40,793 bases of DNA from a virus (IMGVR_UViG_3300048837_000378:1-40793), one strand, 5' to 3'; shown: positions 7,305 through 14,506, numbered from the stretch's first letter. A program made the numbers and translations. Notes: generated from the sequence alone by a model not told the origin.

Positions 7305-7537
7305 TAATCAGTTTACCTCCCCTAACCCCTCCAGTTACCAAAAGAGTATCGGTTTGGAATTTTAAAAAAAATTAAAAATCAAACTTACGTATTATAATAT
7401 TATACTCTTAAAGGTATATTTTAACAGTTTAAAGCTCTAACTAGTTAATAAGACTGGCTTATGTATTTACGTATATTAACTAATATAAGGGGTACTACCA
7501 TTAAAACGGACTCTACAACAAAGTGACATTCTAAATT

Positions 7538-7777
7538 TTAAAAAATTCTTAAAAAGGAACTAGTGGTGATTACATCAGGTATAGGGTCTGGACTGGGCCA
7601 ATATAACGTAATTTCAGCCTTAGTAGCCAATCTACAAGTAAACATACCATCTTCTAAATACCAACGGTTATAATTACCATTATCCCATAAAACTTCAAAC
7701 CACCTGTTAGTAACTCGGGATATCTTACCCATACTAACGTCAGTGACTATAATGTCGCCTTTATTAAAAGGGACCAT
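7538..7777 (-). CDS. KOW/SH3-like small protein
   Basis: FNKGDIIV; start embedded in the upstream TAT-GGT. Confidence 0.7.
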   Translation of the reverse strand: MVPFNKGDIIVTDVSMGKISRVTNRWFEVLWDNGNYNRWYLEDGMFTCRLATKAEITLYWPSPDPIPDVITTSSFLRIF

Positions 7778-8015
7778 ATAAAGTCTCTATAACTTTGATT
7801 CTAGTGTCTGAGTCGTCTACAACTTCAAATAGCCGCTGTAAATCGTACCTAGTAAAGTGAAGTTCATTTCCAGTATTAAAGGAATAGAATAGAAGCTCAT
7901 AAGGCTTATTTCTTACGTAGTTATTAACTTTAATAAACTTATATAGCCTAGTGTGGTCTAGGGATACCCAGTCGCCAGGTTGCAATAAATTGATTTCTCT
8001 AAACGTCATTGCCAT
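7764..8015 (-). CDS. KOW/SH3-like small protein with TLYG motif
   Basis: LQPGDWVSL; ends KVIETLYGPF; start MAMTF embedded in the upstream TAT-GGC. Confidence 0.75.
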   Translation of the reverse strand: MAMTFREINLLQPGDWVSLDHTRLYKFIKVNNYVRNKPYELLFYSFNTGNELHFTRYDLQRLFEVVDDSDTRIKVIETLYGPF

Positions 8016-8304
8016 ATAACAGCTCGCCAGCAGGAGTATGTGGCACAAAAGTAACGTAGTCCATATTAACCCAACACCGCGTATTATACAGTTCAATAAG
8101 TAAAGTATTATCTTCTATTTTAAATTCTGTCAATTCTTCTTGTATCAAAGCCCAAGGTCCGTTGTCAATTTGACGGTAATATTCTAATTTGACTGGAATA
8201 GCAAGTTTAACGTAAGTATCAGTCTTTTCTAAATAAAATAGAGGACTATCTGACATATAAGCGTGTAACAGCTTGACTTGTTGGGCAGGAACTTTAGCTT
8301 CCAT
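7999..8304 (-). CDS. Hypothetical protein with LLYG motif
   Basis: Start MEAKVP (AGGA RBS); ends TPAGELLYGNDV. Confidence 0.75.
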   Translation of the reverse strand: MEAKVPAQQVKLLHAYMSDSPLFYLEKTDTYVKLAIPVKLEYYRQIDNGPWALIQEELTEFKIEDNTLLIELYNTRCWVNMDYVTFVPHTPAGELLYGNDV

Positions 8305-8641
8305 CTGAAGGTCCTGTAAGTACTTGTAAAGCTGGAGTTTCTTCAAATACGCTAAAATGGTGTACGTTATTAGCGTCAATCTCTAACCTAGCAGTACCAG
8401 CAGCTAGAGTCCAATTAACTACTGATAAGCTAATAGAGTCTTTTGTAAAAGAATAGGCTCTAACTTCAAATATATGAAATTTACCGTTATTATCTAGATA
8501 TTCAGGGTTTGTATAGACTAAGTGACATATAGTAGTCCTACCTATGTCGTAGGGCCTCTCAGCTTCTTTTTGAGCTTTAGTCAACTTGTATCTTTTTAAT
8601 TGTTTCTTTAAGACGTTCAAGGGTAGAGCTTTTCTAGGCAT
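8294..8641 (-). CDS. Hypothetical protein with VLTG motif
   Basis: AGGAG RBS; ends TPALQVLTGPSDGS. Confidence 0.75.
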   Translation of the reverse strand: MPRKALPLNVLKKQLKRYKLTKAQKEAERPYDIGRTTICHLVYTNPEYLDNNGKFHIFEVRAYSFTKDSISLSVVNWTLAAGTARLEIDANNVHHFSVFEETPALQVLTGPSDGS

Positions 8642-8772
8642 TATAAGCTCCTAATAGCCCGTTTAAGGCGTCTCATCTCATCAAGGCTGATACTGGGGTA
8701 CATCCAGTAATCTAAAGGAATCTGAGGCGTTATAGAGGCCGACGCTTGCAAGGGCTTAGGTGGCATGCTCAT
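8641..8772 (-). CDS. Putative 43-aa protein
   Basis: MSMPPKPLQAS...RRLKRAIRSL; its TAA overlaps the next ATG. Confidence 0.4.
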   Translation of the reverse strand: MSMPPKPLQASASITPQIPLDYWMYPSISLDEMRRLKRAIRSL

Positions 8773-8804
8773 ATATTGACTCTACTGTAACCTAGGTAGA
8801 ACAT

Positions 8805-9398
8805 TTATAGCATACCTTGTTGTTTAGCCTTATTACGTAAGTACGTCATAAAGTTATCTTGAGTGTAAGTAACAGCTTCAGTAGCTCCTATCACAGTTTT
8901 AGAAGGCTTAGACAAAGTTATAAATATTTCGTTATGATGATTTTTAAAAGTTTTAAGGTTAACCCAACCGTCTTGTTTGACAATTTCAGAAGCTATTGCT
9001 AAATAAGGATTAGGGGTCGAGGATGCGATTGTGCCAGAGCTTGAAGAGTCAGACCGAGTAGTACTTCTTTTATCGTAGTTTAGAAGGTCTGACCCAGGCT
9101 TAGGGGTTCCTAGGTTGCCTGTCCCTATTACCTTAGTTCTTTTTTCTAGTTCGTTTTTTAGGTTTTGTAAGGTCGTAGAAGAACGTGACGTCGTCTTCTG
9201 GGCTAGAGGGTACGACGTGAACTTTTGGTTTACGTTTGTTTGTCGATTTTCGGGGGCGGCCTTCGGCCTTGACAGGGCTAGGGAGGCTCGGAGGGTATAT
9301 ACTTTTTTTTTAAGCTGAAGTACTAACTGGTACAATTTAGTACCAAGGTTTATGACAGCTTCGCCTAACAAAGTTAGGAAATCTTTATTTTGTTCCAT
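8805..9398 (-). CDS. Hypothetical protein with S/T/K-rich disordered middle
   Basis: ORF track; directly follows a sigma70 promoter. Confidence 0.7.
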   Translation of the reverse strand: MEQNKDFLTLLGEAVINLGTKLYQLVLQLKKKVYTLRASLALSRPKAAPENRQTNVNQKFTSYPLAQKTTSRSSTTLQNLKNELEKRTKVIGTGNLGTPKPGSDLLNYDKRSTTRSDSSSSGTIASSTPNPYLAIASEIVKQDGWVNLKTFKNHHNEIFITLSKPSKTVIGATEAVTYTQDNFMTYLRNKAKQQGML

Positions 9399-9404
9399 AC
9401 TTAA

Positions 9405-9433
9405 GCTATATCAAACTTGTTAGTTTGAGTCAA
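9405..9433 (-). promoter_or_regulatory. Sigma70 promoter with a palindrome in the spacer
   Basis: TTGACT-N17-TATAGC; spacer holds TCAAACT-N4-AGTTTGA (9411-9428); predicted +1 is at or near the ATG at 9398. Confidence 0.65.
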
Positions 9434-9441
9434 GCAATATA

Positions 9442-9639
9442 TTACTTTGACTTGATTTCTTCTCCAAATAAGACTTCTCTGTTATCAACTATCTTGGCGT
9501 CTACCCATTCCCCATACTCAAGTATCTTTTCTCCGAAACTTTGACGAAGAAAAGTCTCTGCGTTATCTAATTTCTCTTCGTAGTCCTTACCTTTGATTTT
9601 TACGCCCATAGCGTCAAACAAGCCATTATCCAACATCAT
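9442..9639 (-). CDS. Hypothetical protein with EVLFG motif
   Basis: Start moved to MMLDNG (AGGGG RBS), which removes a 170-nt overlap; ends NREVLFGEEIKSK. Confidence 0.65.
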   Translation of the reverse strand: MMLDNGLFDAMGVKIKGKDYEEKLDNAETFLRQSFGEKILEYGEWVDAKIVDNREVLFGEEIKSK

Positions 9640-9688
9640 CTGAGCGTTGCCCCTAAATCCTAACACTCCATTGTGTATTTTAGTTGCG

Positions 9689-10066
9689 TCATTTACTGCC
9701 GCCAGAAATTCCTTTTCCTGGCCCACTTTGGCTACCAAATATTTTTGGGTCAAGGAGGCTTCGTTTGATGAAGTTGAGGGCTTCTTGGATTTTGGCTTTG
9801 CGGTCGTCCTTGGCTTTTTCTTCATCTTCAGTGTCTCCATGTAAAAGTCTGTAATTTCCAATATTTATAAGTTTTAAGAAACTCATTTTTTCAATTTTAA
9901 AACGATGTCTAATTAGAGTTTGTTTTGTATCGTAGTCTAGAATCTCATAAGCATGACCATCATATTCACATTTAAAAACATCCAATACTAGGTAATGGTT
10001 ACGTTCATCTATTAACTCCGAGCCTGGAGCGTATTTGGCTAATCTTTTATAACCGTTATTGCCCAT
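9689..10066 (-). CDS. Hypothetical protein with internal RLLHG motif and charged tail
   Basis: Start MGNNGY embedded in the upstream GAT-GGG. Confidence 0.7.
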   Translation of the reverse strand: MGNNGYKRLAKYAPGSELIDERNHYLVLDVFKCEYDGHAYEILDYDTKQTLIRHRFKIEKMSFLKLINIGNYRLLHGDTEDEEKAKDDRKAKIQEALNFIKRSLLDPKIFGSQSGPGKGISGGSK

Positions 10067-10493
10067 CAAATAACACCTTAGTTGTTTCTGAATATGGGGC
10101 CAATTCATCTTGAGGAATGAATCTACTAGAAGGTGTAATTCTTCCGTCTTTTCCAACAGTTACAAAATGTACCACATATCCAGGCGGCGACTCTTTAGTC
10201 CAACCTTCAGGAGCATTTGGAGGAGAAGAACCCCAATCCGTATAAAGTTTAAAAATTGAGTCCACAAAAGGAGCGACAACAATTCCGTTACCAAACTCCT
10301 TATTGAATACGACTTCTCCTCGTTTATACGTTAAAGAGGAAACTTCAGCTATAGCTTGAACTATACCGGCTCTACGAGCCTCTAGCCTTTTTAGGTCAGC
10401 GTTTAATACTTCTAGAGTATCTCTATAAGGTATTTGTGCAAAAGTAGCAGCTTTAAAAGTTTCTAAAATTTTACTAATATCATCATTTTCCAT
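10056..10493 (-). CDS. Coiled-coil plus KOW/SH3-like protein with VLF motif
   Basis: YKRGEVVFNKEFGNGIVV; ends ETTKVLFDGQ; GAGGT RBS. Confidence 0.75.
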   Translation of the reverse strand: MENDDISKILETFKAATFAQIPYRDTLEVLNADLKRLEARRAGIVQAIAEVSSLTYKRGEVVFNKEFGNGIVVAPFVDSIFKLYTDWGSSPPNAPEGWTKESPPGYVVHFVTVGKDGRITPSSRFIPQDELAPYSETTKVLFDGQ

Positions 10494-10526
10494 TATACCT
10501 CTTTAAATACTATATACTATAATCTA

Positions 10527-10549
10527 GTAACTTTCTACAAGAAAGTTAC
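10527..10549. promoter_or_regulatory. Perfect inverted repeat, operator-like
   Basis: GTAACTTTCT-ACA-AGAAAGTTAC upstream of 10493. Confidence 0.5.
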
Positions 10550-10694
10550 GTACTAGTATGTTCTATATAAATTACATAGTTTTATTTAATATCACACTTT
10601 TTATATAAAGTAAATAGGGAATTAAAAATAAATTCATTTTATATTGAATCCTCCTTAAACCCCCGTTCCGCAGCCCCCCTTTATGGTTCCTTTT

Positions 10695-10710
10695 TGCAAA
10701 ATACATGCCA
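10695..10710 (-). promoter_or_regulatory. Sigma54 promoter (leftward)
   Basis: TGGCATGTATTTTGCA, GG-N10-GC. Confidence 0.7.
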
Positions 10711-10716
10711 AACTTC

Positions 10717-10744
10717 TTGACATACCTATATTTTATGTTATAAC
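10717..10744 (+). promoter_or_regulatory. Sigma70 promoter (rightward)
   Basis: TTGACA-N16-TATAAC with TG extended -10; AGGAG RBS follows. Confidence 0.65.
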
Positions 10745-10759
10745 CAATATAGGAGTACT

Positions 10760-11266
10760 ATGGCTAAAAATCAAAAAACTATAGATATAACAACTATTAC
10801 GTCAGGTACACAAGTAAACTGGCCAACTTTCGTTTATGACAGTTTTCATAAGGCTCGGTCCTTTAATATGAACAGATTCATAAATTACTGTCACCCTGGT
10901 ACAGTATTAGTACACGGCACCAGTAAGGTTAAGTGGACGGTTAAAGAACTTGTAAAAGTAAAAGAAGGTTATGACGAATGGCCCTATACCGAATCTACTA
11001 CTGATAAGATTTTTGTTTCTATAGAATCTGAAAAAGGTTATAAAAAACAAGTAGATACAGAACAATTTTATATGTACGACATTGTTCATATTCCTAAAGC
11101 TGTAGAAGTTCTTTGGGGCAGTTTGGCGGACAATCCTACAAAAAAACCAGAAGACTTTATTGCCGAACAAGCAGGTATATTTTTTATGGAGTTGCAGGTA
11201 CGTAAACCGGCTTCTATGACCTATATTCCGATTACTCTGCATTTGCCGGTTATAAAAAATGAGTAG
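10760..11266 (+). CDS. Hypothetical protein, KOW/SH3-like, with internal EVLWG motif
   Basis: CHPGTVLVH; PKAVEVLWG. Confidence 0.75.
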   Translation: MAKNQKTIDITTITSGTQVNWPTFVYDSFHKARSFNMNRFINYCHPGTVLVHGTSKVKWTVKELVKVKEGYDEWPYTESTTDKIFVSIESEKGYKKQVDTEQFYMYDIVHIPKAVEVLWGSLADNPTKKPEDFIAEQAGIFFMELQVRKPASMTYIPITLHLPVIKNE

Positions 11267-11591
11267 ATTTCCCCGAGTCGGAGACTATATTAAATTTGAA
11301 CAACTGTTCACTGTAAATTTAGGAGACTTAGGGTCAGGTCCTTTGTATATAGATATACCTAAAAATACAATATGTGAAGTACTTGATACTCATATAACTA
11401 AAGACGATAAACGTTCTTCAATGATAGACTACGCTCCATTTCAAATATATTTGGGTATAACAGATAAAAATATATCTCCTCATAAATTTATCATAAGATT
11501 CAACTACTTACAACATCAAGAGATTGTATCTATAATTCCAGGAGGGAACCCAAAAACGGTGGAAACACTGTTCGGTCAAAATGAAAGTTAA
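11259..11591 (+). CDS. KOW/SH3-like protein with TLFG motif
   Basis: PRVGDYIKF; ends NPKTVETLFGQNES. Confidence 0.75.
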   Translation: MSRFPRVGDYIKFEQLFTVNLGDLGSGPLYIDIPKNTICEVLDTHITKDDKRSSMIDYAPFQIYLGITDKNISPHKFIIRFNYLQHQEIVSIIPGGNPKTVETLFGQNES

Positions 11592-11823
11592 CGAATACCA
11601 AAATTTCAAAAAAGGCGACTTCGCATTAGTAGCGAATAAATTAGTTAAGATAGTTCATTTTAAAGTGTATTATACGGGATTAGGTTTGGAGTATGGAGAA
11701 GTGTTTTTCAAATACGTTAAAGACGATAACAGCTTCACTTTTAATGCCTCAATAACTCTTCTTAAAAAATTAGAACAAGGCCCAGCTAAGGTGTTGTATG
11801 GTTCCAGTAAAAGCCAATTCTAA
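11581..11823 (+). CDS. KOW/SH3-like protein with VLYG motif
   Basis: FKKGDFALV; GPAKVLYG. Confidence 0.75.
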   Translation: MKVNEYQNFKKGDFALVANKLVKIVHFKVYYTGLGLEYGEVFFKYVKDDNSFTFNASITLLKKLEQGPAKVLYGSSKSQF

Positions 11824-12085
11824 ACAATTTAGGGGTTTTTTGCAAGACGGCTTCGTAACTGACGCATTATTACGTCCGTATTTTACACCTGGAAATCTCT
11901 ATCTAGTTAAAATTACTACATATTTTGATGAATATGGTAACGAGACCTCCATAGAAATGATAATAGTTGACGAATTGACCGGATTCTCTAAACTAATAGA
12001 ATTGCCTCCGTATTACATAAATGACCTGTTTATCGAGGCTAAATCTCCAGCAGCCTCCGTCTTATTTGCAAAACCGTCAAAATAA
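11798..12085 (+). CDS. KOW/SH3-like protein with VLFA motif
   Basis: FTPGNLYLV; ends SPAASVLFAKPSK. Confidence 0.75.
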   Translation: MVPVKANSKQFRGFLQDGFVTDALLRPYFTPGNLYLVKITTYFDEYGNETSIEMIIVDELTGFSKLIELPPYYINDLFIEAKSPAASVLFAKPSK

Positions 12086-12098
12086 TTGACACTACACG

Positions 12099-12122
12099 TT
12101 GACTTAGCATACACATTATAAT
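12099..12122 (+). promoter_or_regulatory. Promoter-like motif with short spacer, copy 1
   Basis: TTGACTTAGCATACACATTATAAT (TTGACT-N12-TATAAT). Confidence 0.45.
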
Positions 12123-12141
12123 AGGGCATGAGGAGTCACCT

Positions 12142-12369
12142 ATGGACCTACGTTTTATAGAATGGCAACAGTCCATTTACATTGTGATAGGTATAGGTCA
12201 AGATACTAAATTTGACCCGCCAGACGTGTATTATTGCATCCTGCTAGAAAATTCTCTCATAGCTGACGTCTTAAGGGCTATAGACACTGTTATTATACCT
12301 TTTTCAGAAGCTATTGAAATTACTGATAAAAATAGAGTAAAGGCTATAAATATTTTATTTGGCAGGTAA
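12142..12369 (+). CDS. Small beta-rich protein ending in ILFGR
   Basis: GAGGAG RBS; ends KAINILFGR. Confidence 0.75.
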   Translation: MDLRFIEWQQSIYIVIGIGQDTKFDPPDVYYCILLENSLIADVLRAIDTVIIPFSEAIEITDKNRVKAINILFGR

Positions 12370-12370
12370 T

Positions 12371-12610
12371 ATGCAATGGTCTAAGTTTAATATTGGAGAT
12401 TCTGTTATATATCAAGGACTGGTGTATAAAGTAAGAAGTGTTCACGCTTTAAACTGGAGCATGAATAATCCCTTTGTTTACGGGTTGATTTTGGCTCACA
12501 AATCTTCAGACGGCTGCGTATCTAGACAAGTTTACGTATGCGAACAACAAATAGCCGAAGCAACCACTCAACAAATACAAGTGTGGGAGTTACTATATGG
12601 CAACAGATAA
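12371..12610 (+). CDS. KOW/SH3-like protein ending in LLYGNR
   Basis: FNIGDSVIY; ends QVWELLYGNR. Confidence 0.75.
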   Translation: MQWSKFNIGDSVIYQGLVYKVRSVHALNWSMNNPFVYGLILAHKSSDGCVSRQVYVCEQQIAEATTQQIQVWELLYGNR

Positions 12611-12875
12611 GAGTAGAATTTTTACCGAATTAATTGAAGTTCATCTAAAAGAGATGAATATTGTAGAAATCTACCACAACAAAAGTATTGATTTTAAAGC
12701 TAAAGATGTGGTACAGTGTAGCTATATGAAGGGTCTTTACGAAGTAAAACTCATCACGCCCACGTACTTAGAGGTGGCTCCAATCGAAAATAACAGCCTA
12801 CGCCATTTTATAGGACCTAATTTTCTAAAAAAAGTCTCTATAAACCAGAATATAAGGAAAATATTATATGATTAA
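12597..12875 (+). CDS. KOW/SH3-like protein ending in ILYD
   Basis: FKAKDVVQC; ends NIRKILYD. Confidence 0.75.
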   Translation: MATDKSRIFTELIEVHLKEMNIVEIYHNKSIDFKAKDVVQCSYMKGLYEVKLITPTYLEVAPIENNSLRHFIGPNFLKKVSINQNIRKILYD

Positions 12876-13149
12876 TATAAATACTGGAGATTATATTTTA
12901 GGTAAAGACGAAATCTGGGAAATAACAAATATATACCAATCTGGACAAGATACTCTTTTTAATTTGAGATTACTCTCAGAGCCTGGCGACTTTTTAGAAG
13001 TATACGACCATGAGTTAGCAGAATACAAAGGCGCGGAACCAGTAGATAGGTTAGTTGGAGTATCCTTCAGTTATATCAAACACTTAGGTCAAATCGTCCC
13101 CAAAGATTCTCAAAAGGCAGTAGAAATTCTATTCAAAGATAACAAATAA
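12868..13149 (+). CDS. KOW/SH3-like protein with ILF motif
   Basis: INTGDYILG; ends QKAVEILFKDNK. Confidence 0.75.
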   Translation: MININTGDYILGKDEIWEITNIYQSGQDTLFNLRLLSEPGDFLEVYDHELAEYKGAEPVDRLVGVSFSYIKHLGQIVPKDSQKAVEILFKDNK

Positions 13150-13155
13150 AAACCA

Positions 13156-13178
13156 TTGACTTAGTATACACATATAAT
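13156..13178 (+). promoter_or_regulatory. Promoter-like motif with short spacer, copy 2
   Basis: TTGACTTAGTATACACATATAAT (TTGACT-N11-TATAAT). Confidence 0.45.
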
Positions 13179-13196
13179 ATATGAATGGGGCATCGA

Positions 13197-13541
13197 ATGT
13201 CAAACAAATCTGATAAGTTTTCATCTCCAGAAGATGAACAAGACGACGACACTTTTGCTGACATGACCCCTGAACAATATAAAAAGTTGATGGAGGATAT
13301 TGAAAACTTCAACACTTCATTTTTGAGTCATTTGGCTGGAACATCAAATTACGAGTTAGTACCAACTGAAAACGAATTTGGTGAATATTTAGAAGACGGA
13401 CACTATAAATTAATTAAAAAAGAATGTGCCAAAACTGGAGCTAAAATATTATATACTTATTCTATAAGTCCTAATATTAGTATTGTGATTGAACCTAAAT
13501 CATTAAAGTCAATTATTTTACAAGAAGGGGAATTGCATTAA
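13197..13541 (+). CDS. Hypothetical acidic protein
   Basis: GGGG RBS before MSNKSD. Confidence 0.7.
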   Translation: MSNKSDKFSSPEDEQDDDTFADMTPEQYKKLMEDIENFNTSFLSHLAGTSNYELVPTENEFGEYLEDGHYKLIKKECAKTGAKILYTYSISPNISIVIEPKSLKSIILQEGELH

Positions 13542-13661
13542 ACAGTAGCTTTTAATAAGCTCAGATTTAATCCTCCCCCAGGCTCCTAATTGAATCCCCT
13601 TGTAACGTCCTGTTACCTTTTAGGGGCCATTTTTTTCTTCTTAATTTGAAAAGAGGAGAAT

Positions 13662-13886
13662 ATGAGGAAAATTAAGTACGCATGCGAGAATTGTGGCTGG
13701 GAAACGTCCATTTGGGAAGAATGGGAAGACCTCAAACCACAGAGATGTATGAATAAGAAATGTAATACGAGTTTTAGATTAAATCCCGAGAAGCTCAAGA
13801 TTACTAGACCAGAGGCAGTAGTTGTCAAACAAGAGTCTGTGCAGCAAGAAGAAAAGAAATCTTATGGCAAAAAGCACAAGTCTTAA
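13662..13886 (+). CDS. Zinc-ribbon protein (FmdB-like)
   Basis: CENC...CMNKKC; AGGAG RBS. Confidence 0.65.
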   Translation: MRKIKYACENCGWETSIWEEWEDLKPQRCMNKKCNTSFRLNPEKLKITRPEAVVVKQESVQQEEKKSYGKKHKS

Positions 13887-13954
13887 ACAGTCTGCAAAAA
13901 TTTCCAATAATAGAGTAATTAAAGGAACTATTTCAGATACAAGCAAGGCTAGTT

Positions 13955-14503
13955 ATGGAAAACAACGAAAACAGCCCACCAAAAAACGGACCTCAAAGCT
14001 CCGCTCAAAAGCTAGAAGCAGTTAGAGCAGTTAAAAAACTGTCTAATGGAAATTCTCCTTGGACTATCCCCCAAGAGATTCTTCAAGAAGTTATAGCTGG
14101 ACACACCGTAGCCAATCCTGATAGTATTCCGCCAATCACACAGATGACGGAAGAATTAAAAAAAGAGATTGCAGCTCGTTATGTGGATGACCCAGAAACC
14201 AGAGACTTATTACTAGAAAGCATTCCTGAAGTTCGTTCTATCCGATTATGGGTTAAGAAAGAAGGTTGGGATGAAGCTGTTTGGCAAAAAGTTAGAGGAG
14301 ACAGGTTATTTTCAGCAGACAAAAGAGCACAAGTTATTGAATCGTTAAGACAAAGAGCTATAGACAAATCAGACGTTGCAGCAAAGATATGGCTAACTTT
14401 ATCTGGTGATTATTCAGAAAAAATGGAAATTGATAATAAGACTGTAGATACTTACAGAGAAATTAACAATATTCTTCATCGAAAGAGTCGTGAGGATACT
14501 TAA
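13955..14503 (+). CDS. Probable terminase small subunit
   Basis: Helical 182-aa protein directly upstream of TerL; positional call. Confidence 0.5.
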   Translation: MENNENSPPKNGPQSSAQKLEAVRAVKKLSNGNSPWTIPQEILQEVIAGHTVANPDSIPPITQMTEELKKEIAARYVDDPETRDLLLESIPEVRSIRLWVKKEGWDEAVWQKVRGDRLFSADKRAQVIESLRQRAIDKSDVAAKIWLTLSGDYSEKMEIDNKTVDTYREINNILHRKSREDT

Positions 14504-14506
14504 TTT

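Noticed and set aside
7317-10680. G-rich tracts on the - strand (7317-7333, 10659-10680) as G-quadruplexes
   Set aside because: They are short, with too few regular G-runs, and are not repeated elsewhere.
793-13149. Tag as a proteasome HbYX motif or a mimic of bEBP ESELFG
   Set aside because: Only two proteins end exactly in Hb-Y-X (LYG, LYD); ESELFG has Glu where the tag has a hydrophobic residue. Both are weak analogies.
793-13149. DNA-level cassette repeat (attC-like) or DGR behind the shared tag
   Set aside because: The nucleotide sequences differ at synonymous sites; no integrase, reverse transcriptase or template/variable repeat pair is seen.
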